This document shows, piece by piece, positions 8,944 to 18,978 of a DNA stretch of 64,000 nt. The stretch lies in the IMG/VR virus record IMGVR_UViG_3300045988_176686. One strand, given 5' to 3'. A program made the translations under genes and the position numbers. The notes under the pieces were generated by a model that was not told the DNA's origin, searched no databases, and saw only the letters and a list, made by a program, of their open reading frames with translations. Numbering within the stretch: position 1 is the stretch's first letter; every line of letters starts with the position of its first letter. This DNA comes from a virus.

Positions 8944-10809
8944 TTAAATTTCAATGCTTGCGATCACTTGTTCATTGTTTAAGTTGGCAGTGATTGTAAA
9001 CAACGACGACACCGCAGAGCCAAGGTCGTTTTCGGCTTGCGTAAAGGCAATGTCAATGATGCCTTTAAAGTCGGTCACCTTTTGCTTCATGCCCCAAGCC
9101 TTATCGCTTGCAGCATCGCCCGAACTACGCGAGATAGTCCATGATGTGACTTGTTGCGTAAGGTCGGTCCACCCCTTCATGACGCGACAACTCAGTGTGC
9201 AGGTTTCGCCAAATGCAAGAAAACCGTCGAGCGAATTGCTCACCTCCATGCGCAATGGCATTTGGTCGAACTGCTGAATGGTTCCCGACATATATATGTT
9301 GTTAAGGTAGGCTGAATAGCCCGTCATGTTGAGCCCAAATACACTCAGGTTGCTTAGGTCACCAAACTGCGCCATGATGTTAGCCTCGGTAAATTCCCAG
9401 TTGTTGACATGTGCCAAATATCGCTCATACGTCAACGTAGAGTAGCGCGACTGTTGACGCGTGGTATCAGAGAAATTTCCGTAGCACACAAAGTGCATCA
9501 TCGCCGCAGGGTGCATAGGGGTGGGATAGGTGGTATTCTGCGGTCGCAACACGTAACGAAAAGCATTGTTTTGTCCGCCATCCACGCTCAGCACCTCGGC
9601 TACGCGAAAATAAACGGTGCAAAAACCCGAAAAGCGAAAGTTGCCTTTAGAGTCGTCGTGTTCATCGGTAGCATTAACTGATGCGGTTTGCGCATTGTGC
9701 CACACACCCATGCAAATGTCGCCTTCGGCAATCTTACCAATTTCGCCATCTTCGAGTTTTAAGTATGCAATGCCTTGCGTATCGCCATTAGCATCTGGAA
9801 CCACGCTTTCAATAATACCACCGCCTGGCGACCGCCATTGTGTGCCAACAATCACTTCAACGCGATTGTAACGCAGTTCGGGCACCTCGAGCCATTTGCG
9901 CAAAGTGAGTGCATCGAGTTCACCTATGCCGTTTGCGTCGATGCGTCCGCCAGTTCCTGTTATGCCACTCGCAAACGAGGGCCCAAACTGCAAACCTTTT
10001 AAGAACTTTGCCATCTCGTCGGAGATTAAGCCTTGTAAAAAACGAATTTCGGCTTCGGCAGTGTCGGCGTGTTTTTTCGACAAAAAACGCTCGGCAATAA
10101 ATTGGGGAGTGGCTATTTTGGTGGTCGATTCCTCGTCGTGCTCAGTAGTTGCTACACCCTCAATTTGCTCGTTTCCTTTGTTGAATGTTATTTTACCATC
10201 TGGTTTTACTGCCACATTTTGCACGTCGAACTGATGCGCATTTACCTTCTCAAACAGAGTGCCCTCCTTCATGGTCATATCCTTCAAGAAGGTTACACGG
10301 TTGTCTACAGGCGAGTATTCATACCATGCACTTTCTGTGGGGCCTGCGTTTATGGCTTCGTCTGAGGCAAGATAACCCGTAACAATTTCCCGTTTCCATA
10401 TACGGTCTATAGTGCCATTATCGCCCGACGAGGTGAGAATGCCTTGCAGAAACACATAATAATAGTCGGTTGAACCTACTTGCTCTTCGGCTGCATTTTT
10501 TCCGTAAATGTCAATGCGCTCTGAGGGGAATACGATTATTGCAATAGTACGATCAGTATCAGGACGCGGAATGGCTGCATACACATATTTCTCGGTGTGA
10601 GTGCCAAACACAGTGGGCGATGCTTGCAACTGCCATCGTTGGTAATTGTGTCCGGCATCATAACCTATAATGCCTTTCACATACACCAAAATTTGTGCAC
10701 CACTCAAACACGCTGCTTGTATGCAATCGGGATTTGAGTTTGTGTTGCGAGCAATAAATAACGCATTCTCCGCAATCCAATAATCTTTAGGTGTTGCTTC
10801 GGTCATCAT
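8944..10809 (-). CDS. hypothetical virion structural protein
   Basis: 621-aa ORF in the tail module. No motif recognised. Confidence 0.5.
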   Translation of the reverse strand: MMTEATPKDYWIAENALFIARNTNSNPDCIQAACLSGAQILVYVKGIIGYDAGHNYQRWQLQASPTVFGTHTEKYVYAAIPRPDTDRTIAIIVFPSERIDIYGKNAAEEQVGSTDYYYVFLQGILTSSGDNGTIDRIWKREIVTGYLASDEAINAGPTESAWYEYSPVDNRVTFLKDMTMKEGTLFEKVNAHQFDVQNVAVKPDGKITFNKGNEQIEGVATTEHDEESTTKIATPQFIAERFLSKKHADTAEAEIRFLQGLISDEMAKFLKGLQFGPSFASGITGTGGRIDANGIGELDALTLRKWLEVPELRYNRVEVIVGTQWRSPGGGIIESVVPDANGDTQGIAYLKLEDGEIGKIAEGDICMGVWHNAQTASVNATDEHDDSKGNFRFSGFCTVYFRVAEVLSVDGGQNNAFRYVLRPQNTTYPTPMHPAAMMHFVCYGNFSDTTRQQSRYSTLTYERYLAHVNNWEFTEANIMAQFGDLSNLSVFGLNMTGYSAYLNNIYMSGTIQQFDQMPLRMEVSNSLDGFLAFGETCTLSCRVMKGWTDLTQQVTSWTISRSSGDAASDKAWGMKQKVTDFKGIIDIAFTQAENDLGSAVSSLFTITANLNNEQVIASIEI

Positions 10810-10823
10810 GTGGTGTATGGGGT

Positions 10824-11108
10824 TTATTTAATGATTAAACGTGCAAGGGAGGCAAGCAGGTTGTAGAGCCATTCTATGCGATTGGGAAAGTTTAAATTGA
10901 CATCGACTGTGCGGTTGCGCAATATGTGCAATCGGTAAAGGGCATTGTGCACACACCACTCATTTTTGAGCGAGTCGAAAGAACGTTGCCAAACTTGGCT
11001 GTTGGCATGGAGAAAGCATATTTTAAATAGCGTGGATAGCATCTCATCCTTGCGATAATCGAAGGAGTTAATGATATGCAAATTGTTGGATGTAATTGAA
11101 TAAAGCAT
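10824..11108 (-). CDS. small hypothetical protein (shortened version of the 125-aa track ORF)
   Basis: Start moved to the ATG at 11108 because a predicted promoter (11141-11176) and a hairpin (11183-11220) lie inside the longer ORF. AT-rich and uncertain. Confidence 0.3.
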   Translation of the reverse strand: MLYSITSNNLHIINSFDYRKDEMLSTLFKICFLHANSQVWQRSFDSLKNEWCVHNALYRLHILRNRTVDVNLNFPNRIEWLYNLLASLARLIIK

Positions 11109-11140
11109 AATAAGAGCGGTTTTATTTGTGTTATATAGAA

Positions 11141-11176
11141 CAAAGGTAAAGTGTTTGATTCTCTGCATAAGGACAT
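11141..11176 (-). promoter_or_regulatory. TGTCC-class promoter (ATGTCCTTAT-N18-TACCTTTG)
   Basis: Minus strand reads ATGTCCTTATGCAGAGAATCAAACACTTTACCTTTG. Lies just downstream of hairpin 11183-11220. Confidence 0.5.
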
Positions 11177-11252
11177 AAAGCAAGCCCGAAGCATTCACCA
11201 CGCGAGGTGTGCTTCGGGCTGAAACAAAAAAAAGAAACGAAGTGTGTTTATT

Positions 11253-12311
11253 TTACAGGAAGGTGGGACTGCCGTTGATGTCAAGTTTAGCGGTGAACGA
11301 CACAGTGAGCGGATTATTTTCGGTGCTGTTGTAGTAGGTTTCGTCCTCTTCGAGCGTGATAGTGCATGGCACCCATTGGTTGTTGATGTGCGCCCAAATG
11401 TATTCGCTCATCAAGAACTCATGCAAGTACCATTGCAGCCAATCCTCGTTTAACGGTTCGGTTTGAAAAAGCCATGCTTCGCGATTGTTGCTCTTCTTGA
11501 CAAACGAATGCGAAAACTTACTGAAGGTTTCTTGTCTTGTAATGGCATAGGAACTGGAGGCTACCGAACGCTTTTTACTATACACCTTGGGTACACTCAC
11601 GCTCTCTAACACACCTAACGAGTTGATGAAGCGGAACTCTTGTCGGCTCGCTGCCTCGGTTGGGGGTAAGGCATAGAGCGGAATGCCATTGATGGTTTGT
11701 GAGCCTTCGGTGCTAATGAGCGTTTTTTGTGAAGTTGGAGGTGTGAGCGTTGCACTATTAAGCAAGGCACATTCTTCGGCAAAGGGTGGGGTGTACACAT
11801 ATCTCTCGCCAACTGCCACAATCTCAGGTGCAGAAGTGGGTTTGCGCGAAAAGGCTTTTACACTTTTAAATTCGTTGGATGCCATGCGTTCCATGTCGGA
11901 GAATGCGCCAAACAAGGTGCAGTAGTATTGGGGCTTTCCATCTACCTCGGCAGGCACCACCAACTCACCCACACGAGGTTTAACCTCTCCATTGAGCATG
12001 TATTCGTCATAGACGCGCAAACAGAACTTTACAAGCGGATAGGTCACGGTATCGGGAATGTAAGTGTAGCTGTCGCGAAAGGTGCGTAGGGCAGAGGAAA
12101 TGTCAATGCTTATCTCGGCATCCTCCTTCTCCTCGTCCACAGGAGCCGACATTTTTATGGTTTCAAAATCTCCACCACTCATGCCGCAAGTTACTTCTAC
12201 AATCACGCGGTGAAAGGCAGGTTTATCGTTTATCACGTTAGGCTGAATACGGAACGTAATAGGGTTGCCGTTGAATATGCTGCCAGATGTAAGAAATACG
12301 GTTCTTGCCAT
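11253..12311 (-). CDS. hypothetical virion structural protein
   Basis: 352-aa ORF in the tail module, followed by an 11-bp-stem hairpin at 11183-11220. Confidence 0.5.
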   Translation of the reverse strand: MARTVFLTSGSIFNGNPITFRIQPNVINDKPAFHRVIVEVTCGMSGGDFETIKMSAPVDEEKEDAEISIDISSALRTFRDSYTYIPDTVTYPLVKFCLRVYDEYMLNGEVKPRVGELVVPAEVDGKPQYYCTLFGAFSDMERMASNEFKSVKAFSRKPTSAPEIVAVGERYVYTPPFAEECALLNSATLTPPTSQKTLISTEGSQTINGIPLYALPPTEAASRQEFRFINSLGVLESVSVPKVYSKKRSVASSSYAITRQETFSKFSHSFVKKSNNREAWLFQTEPLNEDWLQWYLHEFLMSEYIWAHINNQWVPCTITLEEDETYYNSTENNPLTVSFTAKLDINGSPTFL

Positions 12312-12339
12312 ATTATAAGGAATTATACATTAAAACACA

Positions 12340-15150
12340 TTAAAGACTATACACTTCAAGCTCCACCTCGCCCATTCCGTCGGTCACGCTAATGTCGGTA
12401 GACACTTTATTGATAAGGCATTTTTTCCCAGCTATCAACCACCATTCCTTCCAATGGTTGGGAATGTCAGCTATCTGCGCTACCGAAGCAAGACACTTGA
12501 TGCGGTATTTTTTGCGATTGAGGAGGAAGTAAGCATAATCTACCATAAAGGTGTCGAAATAGCCTCGGTTCTTTATAAGCGGATCGTTCACCACAAGCGG
12601 TGCGTCTGCCCAATCTGGTTGCACCCAAGCACGCGGTTTGAGCGAAAAGCGTTCTTCGTTGCCTATTCCGTCTTCCTTTCCGTTGTAGTCATACACATTT
12701 CCGTAAGGATCAACAGAGTCGGCAGTGAGTGCATATTCGCCCACGGTGGTGCGCCACTTGCTATTACCGAAGCCATCGTAATTGTAATCAAAACTCTCGG
12801 TGTCAGAGTCCGTTCCACCGCCACGCATCACGGCTATGCTCAATCCCCAATCGTGGGTTTGAAGGGGTGAATTGCCATCGTCGGTATCGGAAGGGTCGTA
12901 TGATTCACGAAGCTGCAATACCTCGGTTACATAGAAATCTGCCACAGTTGATGAAAGCGGATTGCGGATGTTTTGCTTGATAAACTCATGTTCCATATCC
13001 TCGTCTACATTTGCAGCCAAAATAGTTTGTGCTAATTTCCCATTCACAGCTGTTGTGGCATATCCTTCAATGCTATTACCTGCAACGGGTTGCGAAGGAG
13101 CATCTGTAAAGCATACGGTATCGAAACTTGCAGAAAGAGACTTACGGTAATTTACATCTACAAATCCTACAGGAACAAAATCAGACAAAAACTCTTGCAC
13201 AAAGTCATCGTTAATGGTTGAGCAATCGCCTACTTCAACACCCTTATAGGCTCCCACCTCGAACAAACGAGGATCCATATCGTTATTGTCTTTAAAGTCG
13301 GAGTCAATCTTTACACGATATTTATTACCCGTATTCTTGTCTACAAAGACACTCATTTGATTGTTGAAAATCTGATGAATAATATCCTTGTATGCTAAAC
13401 TCGTTACGGTGCTTTTCTTGGGATAGTCTATGTAATCGTAATCTGTGTTGTAATCTTTTACGCCATCCCTAATGTTATTCTTCTGTTCCTTCTTGTCGCT
13501 TTCTTCCGAATAGCCCACACGCACACCCGTAATCTTTTCGCTGAGTTGTGCAATGGAGAGAACATTCGCATTGAACTGACGCGGTTGGGGATTTTGCTTG
13601 CGGAATACATCTCTCACAAGATATGCTGTAACCTTTTTTCGTTCGTAATCATAATCGAACTTTATGCCAAATTGGTTTTCGAGCGATTCAATAACTGTTG
13701 ATACAGACTCTGCGGGAAAATTCTTTTCGTTGGCAAACATTTGCACAACACTTGCACTCATCTGTGCGCCAGTAATAGTAGACTTTGTGGTAATGCTTGC
13801 TACCTCTTTGCCTACTTCAACCGTTGTTACAGTCGGGTCGATGACCTGGGTAACCTTGGTCTTATACGACACGGAACTATTAAAACGATTGTCTACTACT
13901 GTTTCATATTCGTAAGTAACCTTGTGATAGGCTATTTGTTGAAGGGATTTATCCACAGGATTTTCCAATGCTAACTGGCCACCACAACCGCGGCTATCTA
14001 ACCAAGCATTTACATCATCGAACAATTTATTGCATTCAGCTTCATTTTTGGCAGACTTCTGAAAAAAGCCAAGTTTTATATCGCCTTCGTTTTTAAGTCC
14101 AGCTATCACTTCAGGGTCTTCTTTCTCATATTTTGTACCATAATATAAAGGTTCGGTGTTATAGGCACATTTGGTTGTGAAGAAACACAAACGTCGCAAA
14201 TCGCCAATCTCCATCAAGGCATCTTTATCGAATGAAACGCCAAGACTTTCAAACAAGCAATCAAGGAAGAACAACACATAGAAGCAAATGCCCGACTGCG
14301 GACGGTCGGCTTCCAATACCCATATCGGTCCGTGATTTTCATACATCACATCTTCCTTTACATCAGGAAGTTGCTCAACCGTTTTACTTGATGTTTCACC
14401 ATTTTCGTCAATGTCGTAATGCTTGTAGCAAACACGTGCATTGCAAAAAGGCTTTAGCGGATAAGCATCCTTCACGTTGATGTACGATTGCTCCACCTGT
14501 GGTATGTTCACTTTATTGCCATCTGAATAAACGCGTGGTGAAGATGGATCTTGTTTTGCCTTATGCAAATCGCCTTCTTCCACGCATTTGCCAGGAAACG
14601 AAAAGCCCAATGCTTGTGGATAAAAAGTTGCCGATGTGTTATAGCCTTCGCCTACTGAACCGTACTTCTGGTCGCCTTTCTTTCCTTGATACTTAATAAC
14701 CACATCGGTTTTGTAAGTTACCTGCACATTCACCTCGTCGATTTTCTCACCAATCAAAAGTTGGTCTTTGTAGCGAGAAGGGATAGGCACCTCATTGCAA
14801 TTCAAGTCCGAAATTAAATCATCAAACGTCTGCGTGCTGGCATCAATATTCACTGATAGCGCGTCGCTCACTTCTTCGTCCTCTTGCATTACAGCAGTAC
14901 CACTGGCAAACGGAACGCCATCGGCAATAATTCGCATGGGGGTATGCTCATAATCAACAGGGCGAATATCGGAGTTGATGTCGTCGAGGTTTTTCAAGAA
15001 GTGGCGGTTTCCGTCCAAGGGCAATGATACCGGATAGGAAAACATTTCAGTATCGTTGAACAGAGGATTTTGCAGTTCAACGCTAATCGAAAAGTCGTCC
15101 GTAAGTACCATAGGCTTACCACCTGCGAGGATTACAAGTTTGCTATTCAT
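12340..15150 (-). CDS. large hypothetical structural protein (baseplate/hub-like by size and position only)
   Basis: 936-aa ORF, the second-largest gene in the window. Its start overlaps the stop of the upstream gene. Confidence 0.5.
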   Translation of the reverse strand: MNSKLVILAGGKPMVLTDDFSISVELQNPLFNDTEMFSYPVSLPLDGNRHFLKNLDDINSDIRPVDYEHTPMRIIADGVPFASGTAVMQEDEEVSDALSVNIDASTQTFDDLISDLNCNEVPIPSRYKDQLLIGEKIDEVNVQVTYKTDVVIKYQGKKGDQKYGSVGEGYNTSATFYPQALGFSFPGKCVEEGDLHKAKQDPSSPRVYSDGNKVNIPQVEQSYINVKDAYPLKPFCNARVCYKHYDIDENGETSSKTVEQLPDVKEDVMYENHGPIWVLEADRPQSGICFYVLFFLDCLFESLGVSFDKDALMEIGDLRRLCFFTTKCAYNTEPLYYGTKYEKEDPEVIAGLKNEGDIKLGFFQKSAKNEAECNKLFDDVNAWLDSRGCGGQLALENPVDKSLQQIAYHKVTYEYETVVDNRFNSSVSYKTKVTQVIDPTVTTVEVGKEVASITTKSTITGAQMSASVVQMFANEKNFPAESVSTVIESLENQFGIKFDYDYERKKVTAYLVRDVFRKQNPQPRQFNANVLSIAQLSEKITGVRVGYSEESDKKEQKNNIRDGVKDYNTDYDYIDYPKKSTVTSLAYKDIIHQIFNNQMSVFVDKNTGNKYRVKIDSDFKDNNDMDPRLFEVGAYKGVEVGDCSTINDDFVQEFLSDFVPVGFVDVNYRKSLSASFDTVCFTDAPSQPVAGNSIEGYATTAVNGKLAQTILAANVDEDMEHEFIKQNIRNPLSSTVADFYVTEVLQLRESYDPSDTDDGNSPLQTHDWGLSIAVMRGGGTDSDTESFDYNYDGFGNSKWRTTVGEYALTADSVDPYGNVYDYNGKEDGIGNEERFSLKPRAWVQPDWADAPLVVNDPLIKNRGYFDTFMVDYAYFLLNRKKYRIKCLASVAQIADIPNHWKEWWLIAGKKCLINKVSTDISVTDGMGEVELEVYSL

Positions 15151-15644
15151 AATGGTTTGTAGTTTTTAAGAACGGAATGGTCAAAAGCTTGTGCCGTGCC
15201 TGCTTGAATGTTGCCATAAGCATGATCGCGCAAAGTAATAACGGCATTATACTTGTTGTTGTAAATCTGACTATGCCCATGCGCCACTACGATTGCTTCG
15301 CCAATTACATAGGCTTGTGCTCTGTCGTATATATGAATGGGTGTGGCACAATCCGTAATAATGACCCTCACGAATACGGGTGCTTTTTCTGGGCATTCGT
15401 TTAAGTAGATGCCTGCTTGGTTCATCTCTTGCTTCAAGGCAGGATATTGTTTGGGCAATTCAGTGCGGATGATGTCGGCATATTTGCTCTCCACCACATC
15501 TTCCCAATTATCGCGCCAAGTAGCCATCATTTGGCTCACGTTGCCCGAAGCCAACATTTGCTTGTAGCCATTCGCACAAGCATGGCGTTCGTGGCAAGCG
15601 CGCTTGCAGGTTTCTTTCAGTGTAAGAAATGCGTCCTTTTCCAT
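15147..15644 (-). CDS. hypothetical protein
   Basis: 165-aa ORF with a 4-nt overlap with the next gene. Confidence 0.5.
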   Translation of the reverse strand: MEKDAFLTLKETCKRACHERHACANGYKQMLASGNVSQMMATWRDNWEDVVESKYADIIRTELPKQYPALKQEMNQAGIYLNECPEKAPVFVRVIITDCATPIHIYDRAQAYVIGEAIVVAHGHSQIYNNKYNAVITLRDHAYGNIQAGTAQAFDHSVLKNYKPL

Positions 15645-15658
15645 TCTGCATACGTTCT

Positions 15659-16738
15659 TTAGTTATTCACTCCTGCCTCTTCCTCGGTCTTCATCAGTAT
15701 AGCCTCGAAGCCTTTGATTTCGTCTTCGGTCACAATGTCTGAAAACTCTTCGCGCAATTTGGCAATGCGTTCTTTTATGCCTTTCACACGGGTTTTTGTG
15801 CTGGGTTTGTCTTTGCGACAAATGTATTTGATAATACCTTCGGCTTTGGCTTTGTGCTGCGCTACTGCCTCGCGAGCGGCTTTCACTTCGGGGCGGTCGG
15901 CTGCAATTTTCTCAGCAACGGTTTGCGCAAAGAGCGGATCGCGCTGTTGTGCCTTCTCGTAGAAGGGTTTGAATTGTGTGCGGAGGTCTTGTGGCGCAAT
16001 GTTGAAGGTTTTTTCTACGTATTTAATGTATTCTGGGTCGCCTGTGCGCTGACTAAGGCGCAAATACACCTCGCCCATTTCGCGGTCAATAGCGGTGTAG
16101 ATGTCGGGCAGGATATGGCTCTCAATCTCCACGGCTCGTGTGGCAAGTTCGGCTATCTCTTGCTCGGTGTAGAGTGCGCCCTTGCCTTGCGCCACGGCTT
16201 TTTCGTTGGCTTCAGCCATCGTTTTAGCTTGCTCTGCCTTAGCTGCCGTTTCATTGCGAAGGGCGCGAAGGTTATTCACTTGCTCTTGCAAGGGGGCAGA
16301 GAGGAACACGCGAATTTGCTTCATGCTGGGCATGGTGGCTGCAATGCTCTCGCCATTAGGGTCTGCCACAATGCCGTTGTAGGTGAGGGATTGCAAGGAC
16401 ACATCGGGCTTCAGTTCAGGGAATAGGCTATCTTTAGCCTCTTGCAGTGCCTTCTGCTTTTGCAGTTGGGCATAGTAGGCTTGCTCTTGTTTGGTGGGAC
16501 GACCTACGCGACGCTTTTGAGAGAGTTGCGCATTGGTGGTGTCGAGCGTTTGCAAGTAGGTGAGCAACTGACGCACACGGCGGTGATAGTCTTTAAAACG
16601 TCGGCTTTCGCGCACAAAGGCTTGTGCCTTGGGTGTGCCTTCTAACAAGGTCAGTCCTTTCTCGAATGCCTCACGCTGCTCGGAAGTGAGCATGCGAGTG
16701 GTGAGGGCAGGGGTAAGGGTGTTGATTATCTTTTCCAT
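15659..16738 (-). CDS. hypothetical protein (coiled-coil rich)
   Basis: 359-aa ORF rich in A/E/K/Q helical sequence. No motif recognised. Confidence 0.5.
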   Translation of the reverse strand: MEKIINTLTPALTTRMLTSEQREAFEKGLTLLEGTPKAQAFVRESRRFKDYHRRVRQLLTYLQTLDTTNAQLSQKRRVGRPTKQEQAYYAQLQKQKALQEAKDSLFPELKPDVSLQSLTYNGIVADPNGESIAATMPSMKQIRVFLSAPLQEQVNNLRALRNETAAKAEQAKTMAEANEKAVAQGKGALYTEQEIAELATRAVEIESHILPDIYTAIDREMGEVYLRLSQRTGDPEYIKYVEKTFNIAPQDLRTQFKPFYEKAQQRDPLFAQTVAEKIAADRPEVKAAREAVAQHKAKAEGIIKYICRKDKPSTKTRVKGIKERIAKLREEFSDIVTEDEIKGFEAILMKTEEEAGVNN

Positions 16739-16762
16739 TGTGAGAGATATATTTGTGTTAGT

Positions 16763-17805
16763 TTATTCTTTGTCTTTAAAATCTAATTTCAGCTGACAGA
16801 ACTTCTCGGCATACCATTGTTTATAAGATTTACCCGAAATCCACCAGTCAAAAATGTTCTCCGCTATTTCATTCTCTTGTTCCTCGGTCAATTTGAGATG
16901 AAGCCAATCCTTGCGGATGTTCCACCTTATATATTCGTTTTTGAATAGCCTCCCATTTCGGATAGCCTTAATTGCCTTTATCCAATTTCGTTTTACATGT
17001 GGCCAACGCTCCATCTCTTTATATTTTTGTTTGACTTGCGACATAGGACAGAGTATGCAACCTATGCGAGCGTAACCTTGATCGTAGAGTTCGCAATGAG
17101 TAATGTTAAGCGTGTTGAGAAATGTCCAAACATCGGCATCCGTCCAATGAATGATGGGTGAGATTAGCAGCGACTCTTTCCCGTGTATGCAACCCAAAGT
17201 GCGTTCCCCATTGGCATTAACAATGGTAACTTGGCTTTTTCGGGGGGCACCTTTTCTGCGCTTGGTTTTTTCTGTCTTTTCCTTTCGGAATGCTTCAAGC
17301 CCAATTAAATCGCCACTAAACGAATGGTTGTTAATCTCCACCTCATTGCGCTTTGCTCGACGACTGCTTTCGGCTTTACGTATGCCAATTAGGGAAACTT
17401 TTCCAGCACCAGCAGTTTCCTTGTATTCTTCGCAACACCAACGTACACGCATTGTAGGCAAAATTTTTTTCTTCACAGCAATATTGAAGATGCTATCCTT
17501 GGGCTTAATAAGTTCCACATCAGGGTATTGCTTTTTACAAAACGTATTACTTCGGGCGGATCAACACTCGTAAGGTTCATGTGCGCTCTGAATTTTACGC
17601 CAGCCAACTTTGCCACATGATAAAGGCATTGACTATCCTTTCCACCACTAAAGGCAAGGAAATATCCATCTTCGCTATCGTAGGCCATTGCTAAACGCTC
17701 AGCCTTGCGAAGAAGTTCTACACTATGCGCTATTTTCTTTTGTAAGGATGTGTTGAACCGTGCCAACACATCCTCGTACTTAAAATCTAATGTTGCATTT
17801 GTCAT
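16763..17805 (-). CDS. PAPS-reductase-like (SGGKDS ATP-pyrophosphatase fold) protein, reading frame broken at an A5 run
   Basis: ORF 17473-17805 carries FLAFSGGKDSQC. ORF 16763-17518 continues the family pattern (RVRWCCEEYKE). The frames join as ...IRFVK|KQYPDVELIKP by a -1 slip, or by one extra A, at 17532-17536. Confidence 0.65.
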
Positions 17806-17831
17806 TTGCTCTATAAATTTTGTTCAACCTT

Positions 17832-18917
17832 TTAATACAACATAGGCGACACAAAGATGCGTGTGCCTGGCTGATTGTTTTCAAAGCCTTTGCCACTATC
17901 TGACTGTGTGGTGTTGGGTGTTTCGGTGGGAGTGGTAGGCTTGGGTTGTTCGGCTGCTTTACGGTCAGCAAGGGTTTTGAGAATGCTGTCGCGAATAGAC
18001 ACGGCATCGTCGTGAGCTTGCTGACGAGTGAGTTTGTCGAAGGTGAGCACTGAGGTGCGCTCAATGAGGTAGGCTACCATAAGGCGACGCGACTTTTTAA
18101 GCAAGCGGTCGGTGTCGGTGGCTTGCAACATCTCGGCTATGAACGCTGCGCCAAACACATCCTCGATGTACTCTTCTTGAATGAAACGAAGGTCGGGAAT
18201 GAGGCGAATAAACTTGTCGCGGTTATTGTAGATGTCAATGTATTGCTGCAATACCGCACAGGTTGGAAGGAGCAAATCGTGGTGCAAATAGTAGTATTCG
18301 CTCTGCTGCCAAAGGTTTACGATTTCCTCAATCTCTGCCATGCGCTCTTCTTCGGTGGGAGCGGTGGGGTCGTCGGTGGGTATTTGCTCGGTTGTCGGTA
18401 CATTTTCGTCCGTATTCTGTACGCTATCGCCGTCTATCGGTACGGAGATAGGCATGGGGTGCGTCAGCTTTGCCCAACCTTCGAGCAAGAGCAAAAGGTT
18501 ATTGAGCGACACCATAGCCTCTTTCTTAAATCCTTGCACACCTTTGTCAAGCATTTTGTCGGAGGCTACGGAATAGTCTTGGCTTGAAGCCATATTCATG
18601 CCTGCTCCGTTGGCTGAAAGAAGTTGCTGATAGGCGTAGCGAGAAAGGGTGTCATTTGCCACCATGCGTTGGGCATTGAGCAAGAGTTCTTGCCAAGGGT
18701 GCTGCGCATAGATGCCATTGGTTACGGCAAGGTAAAAATCGTTAGCATCAATATTGAGCTTGTAATACTCGCACAAACGGTTGTAGAGTGGTGTGCCTAA
18801 CTTGTCTCGCAGAAAGTCTTTCTCGCTGTTGTCGAGTATGCCTTGCAACAGACTTACGTCGTCGAACGCATTGCTGGGTACGTGCAGGCGGAGTTCTTGG
18901 TTTGTGGATAGTAACAT
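17832..18917 (-). CDS. hypothetical protein
   Basis: 361-aa ORF. The operator-like array lies immediately upstream. Confidence 0.5.
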   Translation of the reverse strand: MLLSTNQELRLHVPSNAFDDVSLLQGILDNSEKDFLRDKLGTPLYNRLCEYYKLNIDANDFYLAVTNGIYAQHPWQELLLNAQRMVANDTLSRYAYQQLLSANGAGMNMASSQDYSVASDKMLDKGVQGFKKEAMVSLNNLLLLLEGWAKLTHPMPISVPIDGDSVQNTDENVPTTEQIPTDDPTAPTEEERMAEIEEIVNLWQQSEYYYLHHDLLLPTCAVLQQYIDIYNNRDKFIRLIPDLRFIQEEYIEDVFGAAFIAEMLQATDTDRLLKKSRRLMVAYLIERTSVLTFDKLTRQQAHDDAVSIRDSILKTLADRKAAEQPKPTTPTETPNTTQSDSGKGFENNQPGTRIFVSPMLY

Positions 18918-18978
18918 ATTATCTTTGTTTTTTTACAGGGTTGTTTTTTAAGTCATGCACATAAGGTGATACAACTGA

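Noticed and set aside
15595-15604. The palindrome GCAAGCGCGCTTGC as a further operator of the TTCGCGCGAA type
   Set aside because: The half-site is different (AAGCGCGCTT). It is a single copy and lies inside a coding region.
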